Below are positions 12,017-25,378 of a stretch of 60,876 nt of DNA, piece after piece. The position numbers and the translations under genes were made by a program. Each line of letters starts with the position of its first letter. The first letter of the stretch is position 1. The notes beneath the pieces were generated by a model. That model was not told the origin of the DNA and did no database searches. It was given only the letters and a program-made list of their open reading frames with translations. This stretch comes from Girardia tigrina (Eukaryota), in NCBI GenBank assembly GCA_001938485.1, contig MQRK01250323.1:3609-64484 (forward strand), in the 5' to 3' direction.

Positions 12017-12795
12017 TGGATAGGAAATATAACGAAAACAAAGAGCAACAAAGAGAACTGCTGCTGGAGTTGCAGAAATGGAAATGCGAATGTGCCAAGC
12101 TGAATGACGAATTAACGAAGAGGACAACCGAATTTGAGGACTACAGAAAGCATTCAAATCCTCTATCAATTCATAAACCGGTTGTGGATAAATATTTATT
12201 GGGACAACAGAAAATAAAGTCCTTGCAAAACGAGGTCACCGAGATGAGAATTCAGCAAAATATGTCCAGCTACTACAAGAAAGTGATCGAAAAAGTCTCA
12301 GAAGAGCAACCGGAAATAATTATAGAAACAGCAAGCAAGATTGGACCAAATACGGAAAAGAAGCCTCTGGTGACGAATCCAAACATTTATGGGTCAATTA
12401 TGAAAGAGTATAAGGTATCATCTTCCTCTTTGGTGCTCAGCAGATCTCAGAAGCGGCGGGAGCAGAGGAAGCGAAAGGCTCAAATGTTTCAACAGGCCAA
12501 TAATGATCTGCAAGCTGTTTTTAAAACCAGTTGTATTGAGGTTGACGTCCAAGATGGAAAGACGGTAATCAGAAATGACACCAGTCAAAGAGAGTCTTCT
12601 GATTTTGATACCTCGCATCAAATTTCGTTGTTTTTTCCAACAAATAATTTCCAAGGGACTATAGAACAACAAGAATGGCTGAACTTTAAGTCAAAACTTA
12701 AAATTCAGAAGGAGAATCATGACCGCCTACAGTTCCGCTCTATCACAACTGGTAAAGGGGAAGAGTTTGTCAATCTATCAGATTTAGATGATTAG
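12017..12795 (+). CDS. Uncharacterised coiled-coil protein inside family B unit (start codon probably mutated)
   Basis: Longest gap-free ORF in the window (open 11911-12795). Its paralogue at 50273-50747 conserves the amino-acid sequence (PLSIHKPVVDKYLLGQQKIKSLQNEVTEMRIQQNMS vs PLSVHKPMVDKYMLSQQKIKALQVEITELRIQQNMS) with many synonymous changes. Confidence 0.75.
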
Positions 12796-13034
12796 GGACG
12801 ATGGGTGGATTGCCTTTGATTAGCATTTTCTTTTGTTATATTTTAATAAAACAATGTCAACATATAATTTGTTCATGTTCTTTTAACTTTAATCTCGGAT
12901 ATGAAAATGATAAATTCATAATAAGAAATATAATAATCAAATAAAAAAACATGTTGAGGAAAATATAAGATAATAATTAACTAAATAGAAGTAGCATAAG
13001 CCAACTTTCATAGACTTAATATATTTAAATATAA

Positions 13035-14571
13035 TGTAGAACCCAATATGTACTTCATCAACTTCACTGGCGAGATAAAAGGGCCAGTTGAGGTTGATGG
13101 GGTACGATATGGATCTCTAATAAGTGTGAGTTAGAGACACTTAGCGGAGAGACATATCTAAATAATATGTTGGGTTAAAATAGACTAAGGTGCTAAAGAA
13201 TACCATGAAAAAAATAAATTTAATTAATAAAATCCAACACTAATAATATCACACCCAACAAATATGGATTACAATCAAAGGAAATAGAACGACCAACTAT
13301 ACCGAAAGAGTTGCGCATTCTATGAATTGACTTAGTATTCAAGTGATCTGAATAATGGGTCAGATAAAGTAACCCAAATAAAGTCTCATCCTGACTCGTC
13401 CCGGATAATATTTCAACCGGTATGGTTATTGTTACGATACGACTGCGAATAATAGTCAGAAAAAAAACTCGACTATCCCCGTTAATGGTAAATAGGTCCC
13501 GAGCGTGTTGGAGCGAAGAGCAGGCGAAGGGTTCCCCTGATTTCTTTTCCGTTCCATGCCCGATTAAGCCTGTCGATAAAAGAACCTCTTGAAACCCTCT
13601 GAAAACAAAAATAGAAAATAAACAAATTTTAATTAGATTAATTAAAAATTACCCAAATGATTAAACGTGAATCATAACATCGTCAAAAGCTCCGTGGAAT
13701 AAACAATCGGTAGATTCTGACTGCACTCCGAATGATAGCATATCCGAGACGAAGGACTATGGGTGACCGACCTGCAGATGTCTGTTCTGAATGAAATAAA
13801 TAAATCAGATGAGAGACCCCTCACCCGCGAATAAACAGATAAACCGGATTGCAAGACCTTTCCAGATAGACGACAACGATACCTGCAATCTACAGCGATT
13901 AGAACTGATGTACCCATGAACCACTTATATTACCAATCCACAATGTGAAGCAGCTTCTCTGTTCTGAAATGACAGATAATCTAAAATAATTAAACTAGAG
14001 ATCTTAAGAACAGACATTCGCAACAAGACGTCGCGACTTCCCTCTCGCATCCTGTCAGATAAAAGGTAAACATCAAGATTGCGAATGATATCTGTTAGGC
14101 GCGCACAGGATGTCACTAAATCGAGACCGTTTCCTCTCTCACATCCTGCCTTGAATCAACAGTCTGATAGATACACAGAATGCCCGAACATTCCGATAAA
14201 TATGTGCATCCGGTAGGGTATAAATACTCGAACCGGTTTGTACAAAGTGACACACACAAGAAACAAACCCCAAAATCGCACTTACTTATCATTTTGTTTA
14301 ATTTTGCGTACGATTCCGAAGACGATTATTATTGTTGGCAAAACTTATATTAATTTTGGGAACTAGCCTATTATCTTTGGACATATAATTGATCGAGAGT
14401 ACGGTTAATTATTGTTTATTATTATTATCTGATTCATTATTAATAAAAATCTATCTATATGATCCAGTCTTGTTTTATTTAAATGTTGCTAATAATGTCT
14501 CATTATGATATCTAATGTTTTATATTTTAATAACGAAAGTCAAGTTGATGAAGTCGACTCCAATCGTCACA
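13035..14571 (+). mobile_element. Long LTR (family E, ~1.5 kb) followed by a degenerate PBS and leader
   Basis: TGTAG...TCACA termini, TATAAATA at ~14219 and AATAAA at ~14442. It is followed by AAAG-TAGAGGCTGTCGACC, which resembles a decayed tRNA-Pro PBS, and a GC-rich hairpin at ~14625-14660. Confidence 0.6.
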
Positions 14572-15989
14572 AAAGTAGAGGCTGTCGACCAGAGCGAAAG
14601 GGGATACGATTGTGGTTCGTCTCCGCATCCAAGGGATCCAGAGAGGGGGTTCTTGGATTCTGATGCGTAACCGGGTCGTGTAAATAACCGAAGAAATAAA
14701 TTGCTGTAAATAACTATAATTAAGTTAAGAAGTAATGATAATGATTAATTTAATTGTTAATTATGATTAATTTATAGGTTGAAGTGATAATTTTGAGATT
14801 GATTTAACTTCATTATACTTTGTTGCATTGCTTAATTATAATTTAATTTTATTCTATTTTATTTTTTTTGGGTAATTTTAATTTAATTTAATTGTAACTA
14901 ACTAATTTCGAATAATGGTAATTTCATGTAAATAGAGTGTGTTGCGAGACTCATGCAGAATAATCGTAATTACCGTAAAGGATAATAATTTCATAACCAG
15001 TTCAATTACTTCGTTTGATTATTGGTTCAAGCAAACCTTTTATTTGAAAATTCTTAATTTAGATTAAACTAATTAATATTTATATTTTATTTAATTGGTT
15101 GGAGTATTGGAATTTATTTTATTATTAATACTTGGCAGTTTTGTAAAATAAATTCGACTTTATTTAATTATTCTTTTTATTTATTTATAAAGAGATATGT
15201 TTAACAGTTTTCTTTCAGTATAAATGTGTAATTTATAGTAGATTTTTTTGACGATTTTTATTGATTTCTGTTTTGAAGAAATAATTGTTTAGATTAGTTA
15301 TTTTGAAGAGTTAGCTATGACATCAGGGTTGGTTTAAACATGCTGCTTTGGATAGATACTTTCAATATTAAATAACTTTGAAGTCGCTAGCGAAAGTTGC
15401 AAGAGAGGGATAATTAGATATCGGTAGTACGAGATGAAACAAAGTCACTGAATAAATTTATGAGTGGGATTAAATAAGTTCATTATGGAACAAATGGACC
15501 AAATAAAGATGAAAATTTATATAAATTCATGAGACGAAAATTATAACTGTAATGATTACAAGAATAATATAATGTGATGTTAAAGGTCGGTAAAGAGTGA
15601 TTACAGGCCCTCTTCAAGACTGCGATGCGTGTTTGAGAAATCGAGGTGGAGAATAGTTTATTTTAAAATTGTGAGAAATATCGAAACAAGCAGTAAAGCA
15701 AGGGAACTGAGTCTGTGAAAGTTACGATAATATAGTGACAGAGGTTCACAGACATACTATCAGAATTATCAAATTTGAACGATTAAATTTGACCTTATGT
15801 AATAGTAAGGAGAAGTGATACTTCCGAGGAAATGCTGAGTTATATTTGGTAATTTGACAAAATGAACTTAATAAAATTCAAGTCGTAAAATTTAAACTAA
15901 AACATGTCATCAAATATAAAATGTCTTATAATAAGGTAATTAAATCGAGACTCGAAGTGAATATTACTTTTGAACGTTGGTTGAAAGAG

Positions 15990-16420
15990 CGAGGAACCCT
16001 TTGAAGATGACGCAGGCTGCCCATAGCATGCAAGGGGCACGCGGGCAGACCAACGTTTATCTTCTCGGGGCTATCTTCGTTCCATCTAATCTAAAATGAT
16101 AATTCATGAGTTTAACTTATAACGATAAAATGAAATGACGTATACCCCTCAGTGCCTGAGCTACCAGTCGCGCCATACTCGTTACAGGTTGAACCCGAAG
16201 GCGATGCGATGTACACACAACTCGTTGATGTGAGCGGAGGAGACGCGTCTGTTCCCGTAATGATTGATGAGTTATTGAGGGGAGTCTGGAATAAGTATGA
16301 GTTGCCGTTTAACTCAAAAAGTGGATGGGAGCTAAGAGCTTGCCAAAATGTTGTCGAGAGGAGGGAACACGACATTATCGTTTGACTTGACCGCCGAATC
16401 GATCGCTCCATTTCGATAGT
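15990..16420 (-). mobile_element. Internal fragment of LTR-like family C
   Basis: Colinear nucleotide similarity to 48785-49245, including the splice-site positions. Confidence 0.75.
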
Positions 16421-17209
16421 AAGAAAATTGTTCATTTGGACCCACATCAAATGTCAAATTCACAAGAATTTGTATTGAGATGAAATATATTGTTTACAGT
16501 ATTTTTTCTAAATTATCTCCGTTTTAAATAATATGTATATCCAAAAAAACTTTTCTCCTCTTTTTTTGCAATAATTTTTATGCAACTATTTTCATAATAT
16601 AATGTTTTTTATCGATTATTAACATTACAAAGAGTTTTATCGTTTGTTTTCTTTTGCTAAATCTGGGAGCATAAAATGATTTGGATATGTTCCTTTGTCT
16701 GTTTGAAAAAACTGTTTTTCATCGTTTAATTATTATTATAGAGTTTTTCTATTTTTTGTTTCTTGGGAAGTGGCAACGAACGAAACATAACCAACCGCTT
16801 TCGGAGACGACTGATACCTTGAAAGAGAAGTGGTTGAGGTGGATTATAGCGAGGGTAATAACATCATTCCTTTTGGGTAGTGTACCCTGGTGTATTTACT
16901 GTGTCGCGTTTGTTCTGCTGTTGTGGTATCGTTTATTGTGGAGTGTTTGTGTTCTGTTCTATCGTGGTTTGATTGGTGTATAGTGTGCGTGTCAGTGTTG
17001 CTTTGTTGTGTTGTGAAAGTGTAGGTTTTTGAGACAGGTGTTTTTAGTGGTGTAGCTAAAATGTCGGATGCTCAGTTTGTCATGTTAGGAAGATGAAGTG
17101 TACGTGATTGATTTTCGATGGAACCGTCGTCGTCAAATACAAATTCAAATTTAGATATATTTAAATATGTAGTTTGTTAAAGAAATTTTAAAAATTAATA
17201 AGATCTAAT

Positions 17210-19920
17210 CAGTGATGCCAGACCATGCGGGAAATCCCGCATTGGGGAAATTTTGTAAAACAGCGGGAAATTTTGTAAAACAGTGGGAAATGCGGGAAAA
17301 AGTGAATTGTAGCAGGATTTTTTTCCATCGTATAAATCAGTGTTTCNNNNNNNNNNNNNNNNNNNNNNNNNNNNNNNNNNNNNNNNNNNNNNNNNNNNNN
17401 NNNNNNNNNNNNNNNNNNNNNNNNNNNNNNNNNNNNNNNNNNNNNNNNNNNNNNNNNNNNNNNNNNNNNNNNNNNNNNNNNNNNNNNNNNNNNNNNNNNN
17501 NNNNNNNNNNNNNNNNNNNNNNNNNNNNNNNNNNNNNNNNNNNNNNNNNNNNNNNNNNNNNNNNNNNNNNNNNNNNNNNNNNNNNNNNNNNATATGTAAA
17601 TCTTTTCGGTTATAAAGTTTTTAAAAGTAATTACGTAAAAAAAATTGTATTGAAATTTATTAAAGTTATAAAGAGGCGAACCGAAAAAGTTGCAGAAATT
17701 GTAACTTTTTCCACCCGGTTGCTCTAGTTATAAAGGTTGATTAAAATTGTAAGCGTTTAGATATCAGCGAAGTGAAAATGGTAAATGAAAATTAATTTGA
17801 AATGTAATCAATAAGATTAATATTATTTTTTTTAAAAACTTTTATTATGGATGTCGACATAAGCATAACTAAAAGTCGCTGTCGTGATATACACTATGAT
17901 TCGACTTTTCCAATGCACTGGACATTCTTACGACATGCGCATATCAGGAATTTACTAAGTGTTATTATTTAGCAATGAATTGAAAGTAAAAGTAATTTAA
18001 ATATTTCTTCTATATTTATAGATATTTTTTGTACAAGTTCATTTTTTCATTTATTTTATTTTTATAATATTTTTGTGTAATACATATTTTATTATTTTAT
18101 AATTTCGTACATCTCACGAGCTCGCGGCACCCAGGTTGGGAATCACTGGTATAAATAATAAGTGATTGGTCATGTTTTTGTTCTTAATGAAATGGAAAAT
18201 TAAAGACTTACATACTTTTAATGCTACCTTGTACTATTTATAACCCAACATTGTTTTTACTTTTTAGAAATTTGTACAGAAATTTATCATTTAACAGTCT
18301 TTTTATAAGTGACTATGATTTATAATATAAGCTTTTCGTTTTCATACATATATAATTTCTGATATCCTGACGGTGCATTGTGCCTTCTGTTAATTTATGT
18401 TATACATTGACTTTTAGAGTAAACGAATCTCAGTATTGCCAAACATGGTTTTACGTTTTATTTTTATTTTTTACATTTTTTTGTGATAATCTTTTTTATT
18501 ATTTTCTATACTCACTTTATAGTCTTATCGATAATTCAGTCCATTCATCTTTTTGACACCTAGTAAACCTTTTACAGTATTTGAAAATTCTTTATACGAA
18601 GAATTTAAAAGAAACATTTTGGACTATACTGGAATGCAGATATCTTTATCCCAGTTTTATTGCAGTGCAACTGATGTTTTATATTTTTCTCGATATTCCT
18701 ATGTTTGGTTCATCTCTCATTTATAAACTTGAAATCCTCGTAATAATAATACTTGGAACTATCTAATTTAACACTCATGTTTTTTATAAGAGCTACACAA
18801 AACAACAGACCTACTGGTTTACATTACCATACGCGTCTCTTTGCTTCTAGAGCCTTTTTAGCATAGATTATCGTAATACAATAGAATATGCAGCGTCCTC
18901 AAGCCAAATACATGTTTTCTCAATTTCTCTGCACTAGAACACTGATTTATGTAGCGTACTAATAGGATAATCCCCAAATGAATGAAAAAAATAAATTGAT
19001 TGATTTCAACGTAAGTCAAATACATTATGGAATGATACTATGATTGTAAGGTTTTTAAAGTGCATTTCATATTAATCGGAACACCGTGATTTTCGAAAAT
19101 GATATTTCTCATTTTTATGCTATTTTAAATGAGCAAACCAAGAAGGACCCCCTTTGAGCAAGACTGGTTAAATAAGATTGGTACTGATGGATTGCCATTT
19201 AAAACATGGTTAAGTGCAGTACGAGATGATAAAAACAGTGCACATTGTACAAAATGCAGCGAACATTTCAACTGGAAATTAGCGGAATATAATATGTCGT
19301 TTCTTTACAAGGAGAAGGGAAAACCCAAAAGAAAAATGGCTCGGATAAGGCAAGATGCACCTCTGCTGAAATTTATTAGTAGTAGCACCCCTGACTATCT
19401 AAACCTAAGCATGCTGAAAGAATTAAAACAATGAATGCATAATTGAGGTACTGCATCCACTTCGTGGGTCATGACTTCCCAGTCCAGGCTGCTGATCACT
19501 CAAAAGTCTACCAACTATTGTTAGGACTTTAAAATGGTGTAAATTACCGTTGATCCATGGATCACGGTGAGTAGATTTTTGGAGGCCACCAAATAGACCT
19601 ACTGTACGTTTCCTGTGGACGAGGAACTTTTAACAAAAGGATTTAACAGTTAAGCGGCATCTAAAGAGCTCATGAAAAAGGAACAGCCTAAAACTGCCGA
19701 AAAAATCGCTGCAATTAAACACAAGCGAAAATTAGAAGAACAAGTTAGAACTTTACATTAAGTTAGGGTAGTATTCTGAATAAATATTATTATTGAATCA
19801 TTTTTCGATTGAAGAGGAAATGGAAGGTAGTGAAAACGTCGACAACTGCTTCAAGCATAGATGGAGGTGATTGACAAGAAAATTAATCTGGAAAATGACG
19901 AAAAGAAGTGATGATTGAAG
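17210..19920 (+). mobile_element. Decayed hAT-like element (left TIR plus BED-finger transposase remnants; linkage of the two inferred)
   Basis: CAGTGATGCCA with subterminal GCGGGAAA repeats at 17210. At 19129, MSKPRRTPFEQDWL...WLSAVRDDKNSAHCTKC and later YCIHFVGHDFPVQAADH. No right TIR found. Confidence 0.55.
17338..18148. mobile_element. Non-autonomous hAT (Charlie/Buster) spanning the gap 17347-17591
   Basis: CAGTGTTTC...GAATCACTG ends with a perfect 8-bp TSD GTATAAAT. Confidence 0.88.
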
Positions 19921-20936
19921 AATATGTTTGTTTAAATATTAGATTTAGGCATTAATGTTTCGTGTTAATAATAACATTTGAATGTCTGAAATAAGTTGTA
20001 ACCGTAATTCCGAGGATGTTCCTGGAACATCTATCACAAGCATTCAATAATTAAAATAATTTTCGAATCTCTATAAATAAATCTCACTATAATCAAACAA
20101 TAAGAAATTATGTATAGCCTAATTGTCTTCCTATTTTATTAATTTTTAAAATCAACAATTCAACTAAATTTTATCTCCGTCAACAAGTTAATGAAAACAT
20201 TTTTTATAAAACAATAATTACTTTCTAGATATTGATGTGTAAATATTGAGAAAAATAAATTATATTACACACAAAATAAATCATTTTAATTAATTAAACA
20301 AATTTTTGAGAAAATTTAAATAATTATTTGGCAAAAGTCAAATATTATGATAGATTGACTTTAGGGGCAAAACTGATTGGTTATGAAATAATTTTATTCA
20401 TTAGAAATTGCATTCGAATTTATTTATTTATTCATATTTATTTGTTTTAAGTTTTTTTTGAGAAGAAACTTTGAATGTCTTTCCATTGAAAGCAAACTCA
20501 CAATTATTTACACTTAAATGCCGATTTAGTTTATCAATAGAATAAAAAATGATTTCCTTTTAATTGGAAAATATTTTTGTAGAATTTCAGTTCAAAGTCT
20601 CAAAACGTTTTGTATTTTTATATTTCTAAGGATCAGAAATTTTGAATCTGAGCAAAATCTTTAAAGTAATACTAAAATCGCAAATCTTTTCCTTGGAAGG
20701 CAGATTTAATAAATCGAAAGTAGTAAACATCTGATGGGGCAAGCCTTACAAGTATAGGTGAAGCTGCCTATTCTTGTCTTTATAATATTTATTTGGGGCA
20801 TTTTCATTGCCGTGCTGGAGATGATTCCAACGGGTGATTTTTCTTCTTTTTCGTTGTTCACATCTTCTTCAAAATAAATGTAATAAATAATTTTTCTTTT
20901 AATAACTGGATATCAAATTTTCCTTTATACCACACT

Positions 20937-21600
20937 ATGTCTACGAAGCGCAAGTCTCTGACACTCGACGCAAAATTAAAAATTCTTCAAGTTGTAGACG
21001 ACAACGTGAATAAAGCAGTTGGTATCAAGCGCAAACTGGGAGATATCACCGAAGAATTTGGCATTGAGCCATGTACTTTTTCTGCCATCGTTTTGGAAAA
21101 GGAAACAAACTAATCCAGAACCTTTTCCAGCTGTTTCGACTCTTCGGCAAAAAGACACCGTCCATCGGGCAAATGTGCTGAAGTTGACAAGGCTCACCTC
21201 CTATGGTTCAAGACGCGCCGATTCCAATATAACCATTAGTGATGAGCATTACGGCATCTGCGAGCTGCGTTCTATTTGTCAAAAGAAGAAATGACCCCAA
21301 AACTATTCACGTCGATTGATGATGATATTATGATTTTAAAACCTCCTAGTGACACTGATATCATCAATTCTCTGTTGCCATCAAAGAGTGAGACCGTGAG
21401 TGATCTTTCTGATGATGACAGCTCCTGTGATGCTAATGGAAAAATCCCACCACACGCTGAAATTCTTCAAATGCTACACAAAGTACGACTTTATCTGTTA
21501 AAGCATTCCTACTCCGCAGATGATTTCAGAAATTTAGACAATTTGTAATTTTGTGTTATCACCACGGTATTCAACAGTAAAACGCATACTACACACCATT
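20937..21600 (+). pseudogene. Tigger/pogo transposase remnant (CENP-B HTH plus acidic tail, DDE deleted)
   Basis: MSTKRKSLTLDAKLKILQVVD...EEFGIEPCTFSAI...EVDKAHLLWFK, joined to a Tigger-like tail SDTDIINSLL...SDDDS. Confidence 0.8.
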
Positions 21601-23325
21601 GATTTACACTTTACTCAATTTTTTATCTCAATTTTTTTGGGTTGTCCTCTAAATTTTACAAATAAAATATACGGTATGCCACTTAGTGTTTTAGTTTGAT
21701 TTAGTGAGGCGATTTTTGTAATTTGGACAGCTAATCGATATAGTTGCGTGTTTAAATGTTATTTTAGAGATTAACAATTAACTAAGTACTGTATTATACG
21801 TTCCACTTTTTTTCTGGCAAAAGGCGCTTTATTAATTTCGAAAGTTACTGTTGTTATAAACAGGGCAATGAAATTAGTATGAAAAAAGCTTAACTGTGAC
21901 TCCAAACTTTTTTAACTGATCCAACTTTCTAATGTTTTTTTGCCATATCAAATTTCCTTTCCGACTCCAATGTCCATTGTAATGATCCTTGTTCTAAAGT
22001 GTTGAATCAAAACTAATCTGTCCTCATACTTTGGAGACCCCTCCTATTTTTCTCACAGTTCTTCAAGCTGCGAAAATAGTCATACTTATTCTTTAGATTT
22101 CTTTTAAAATACTTGATAGAATTTTCTACTGACTCAAATTCCATCAGTATTTAGGCATATTCGTGATACACCACAAACCATAATCTAGCCACTGGTTCTT
22201 TCATTTAACTTTTAATATCACTTAACTAAATATTGTTCTGAAAAGTTCTCTTCAATGAACATTTTAACTGCCCCTTTAGCTTGAAAATGAGGAAATAAAA
22301 CTTTCAAATCACAGTGATTTTTTAAAACTTGTATTTCTCGTGGTATGGAACTGGACTACAATGTCAATTGGCCGAAGAATAATCAATTTATGGAACTGAA
22401 TTATCGTGAGTAAATAGATGCTTGTTCTGAACACGTAAATAAGTTAGTGTTGAAAGATTTTTAGTGACATTTCTTTTGAATCATATGAAAAATGTTGGTT
22501 TGATGAGTAATTATTTAAAATTAAATTCTTAAATTACTTATAAAAATGACTTACATAGTGAGTTGTTTAAAATAATAATTAAATTTGCGGTAACGCAAGA
22601 AAAGAATTCTAAAGTTAGAAAATAAAGAATTTTGAAGTCTTTTTATTGGTAATATTTCGCAAACTCCACCAATTGAATATTAACTCAGTTATTTATTCAA
22701 CTATTTCGAATCGAAACAATAGTGCTATTGCTGAGACGAGTGTCATAAAATGATCGATTTGTTCAGTTTTCAAATTCAACAACTCAATTTTGAAGTGATG
22801 TTGAAAAAAGTTGGGATAAAACAAAGAATCAATAGCAAAAATATTCTTTTGCCCAGAGTGAAAATCGAAAAGAACGTTGTTGATGTACGGATATCTAAAT
22901 GTGGACCCTGCCAGCGAGTTAGATGGCTGACCCACTGATCGATTTGATTTGGTAAAAGTTGACGGTAATCTGATTGGTAGAGGACCATCTGATGAATAGC
23001 GGCTATGGATAGATTGGATTGATTTTATCACAGCTTTCCAGAAACTCTAAATTCCGTTTCTTTTTAAAATTTCTTTTCAAAGCTCACTAAGAATAAGGAT
23101 CTGAATTTTCCAGAGCTCTGTTAATTGAACGAGAACCGGTCCTTATTAAGACCAGATATGTTGATTGCACAATGTTTTCTAGAAAGGAGAGATAACAATC
23201 TGGGGTAGAAATACATATAATAAACGACACCAATGCCAGAGTGCAGTGACCACGCTTCAAGGATCGTTCTGTGAACACAAATGAGGATTCAATTTTCTAT
23301 AATTTTTAGTTTTAATACATTAGAC

Positions 23326-23731
23326 CAGGTGTGGGCAACTACGGCCTTTAAGGCCACATGCGGCCTTAAAAAAATAAATGCAGCCTTCATGACAAGCTGA
23401 AATATCTAAAGCTCTGCGGCCTTTAAACGAAATATTTTGCGGTTGTGAAAAAAATATTGCGGCCTTCATGACAAACTAATCGTACAATGTTGACTGACGC
23501 TCATTTACAAGATCAATTACGTTTGAAAACAACTAATTTTGAGCCGCGTTTTGCTTGTCTAGCAACAAATATGATTAACTGATTAACACATTTTCTTGGT
23601 TTGTCTCTGTGTATTATTGTTTTATCCATATTATACAATAGCTGTATATATATTCAATTTGAGGAATTTATATAAGAATATTGGTGAAATCAAAATGCGG
23701 CCTTCGGCTGTCCAAAGGTTGCCCACACCTG
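23326..23731 (+). mobile_element. hAT (Charlie/Buster) MITE
   Basis: TIR CAGGTGTGGGCAAC, 8-bp TSD CATTAGAC, GCGGCC subterminal repeats, and the transposase tail LTDAHLQDQLRLKTTNFEP. Confidence 0.95.
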
Positions 23732-25378
23732 CATTAGACAATGATTCTTATTATGAGTGCGTCCATCCATTCCAGGATCTTTTAATCTAAGTTCTTTAAA
23801 TCAGATTCAATATCCTTTACATTCGAACGGAATTTAAATTCTAATATTCACTTCTGCCGAGTTTTTATCCAGTTGAATTCACGTTCTGCTGAACAGATTA
23901 ATTTATATAAAAAACAAAGGCATTAAAGTTATAAAGAGGAACAGAAACGATTAACTTCTTTCGTCATTTTAAATATTAGTTTTAAATCTTTTCAATTATT
24001 TAAATTAATAACCAAAGTCATCCATTTAAAAATTTAAATTTATTTAAATTAATATAAAAAAATAACAAAATTATGTTACTTAAATAACATTTGATAAGCT
24101 CTAAAATCAAAAAAAAATCTTTCCTCTTCAGATAGACATTGCTTTAACACCGAATTATTAAAAATAATTAAAGCGAAAGTAAATGGTGCTTAAAGATTTC
24201 AATTAAATTAAATTAATATTTATTGAAACGTTAATTATTGAGATTAATCTTTTAATTTTAATTTTTGAATAAAAAAACTAGTCAAATGAAAAAAAAATTA
24301 CAAAAATACGAATATTTTCCCCGAATTTTATTTTATTTATTTTAATAAATTTAACGTTAAATCATATTTTTGTTAATTAACTTTCTTTTCGTACTTCTTT
24401 TTTGTTCTTTTTAAATCAAACAATTAGAATTTGTAAATGTCTTTTTTATCATCAACAATATCGAAATGATTAAGAAAAGAAAATATAAAAATAAAATAAT
24501 TTTATATTTTCGCCAAGAAAAAAATGTAAGTTTTATCTTTATTCTAAAAGAAAACGATGGGATAAAATTGTCGTATCAACAAATTTAATCGATTTGAATA
24601 TAATTTTCATGTTTTCCATTTGATTATTTCCGGATATGTTTTCCTTTCGAAAATAAATAATTTACCATCAAATTGATTATTTCATACCAAATTACCGTAT
24701 TTAAAAATATAAAAAAAAGCGATAAAAATATTTTATATATTTTCCACTAATTTTTAATGACACATAAAATATTTTTTCCATGTGTTTCTGTTGTTTTGGA
24801 CTTGTTTATTTATCGATGCCTCTATGTTTATCAGATGGTGGTTTTAGTGCAGTTTACGTTGGTCTAAAGAGTTGTTATGGAAAGATATGTCAGTAAAATC
24901 AATAAAGAACAGATCAAAATAAATTATTTTTTTATGTTTATATTTTGATATATAATTTATATTTTTTTCGTTTTAGAAAACATAATTGATTTTCAATTTT
25001 TCAAAAGTATTTTTATAATTATAAGTAACATGGAGTATGTCCTAGTAAACGATTTTACCCTTCTGTCAATTTATGTCCTAATATAGGGGTCTGTAAATTA
25101 ATATTCCTTTATTTGATATGATGAGGAGTTATTTCATTTTCATTTTGCAGATTGAGACTTACATAATATAATTTTAAAAAGATTTAAAATTTATTATATT
25201 ATAAATAATTTGAAATAAATATTAAAATAAAAAATTAAATATATATTAAATTCTAATTAAATATATTCTAAATTCTATACATTTGGGTCCCGAATTTTAA
25301 TTTAAAGAAAACCTTATATAATGTTTTACGCTATATTCAGAAATGAGATTAAAATATTATATTTTTATTATATATTAT

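Larger units (their letters stand above)
11234..12862 (+). mobile_element. LTR-like unit family B, copy 1 (right end uncertain, 12862-12940)
   Basis: Starts TGTTG and has a candidate end CAACA. It is colinear with 49588-50910 from the first base. Contains a TATA at ~11596 and AATAAA at 12845. No unambiguous TSD. Confidence 0.65.

Noticed and set aside
22693-23278. Short ORFs as a host gene
   Set aside because: No recognisable motif or consistent splice structure.
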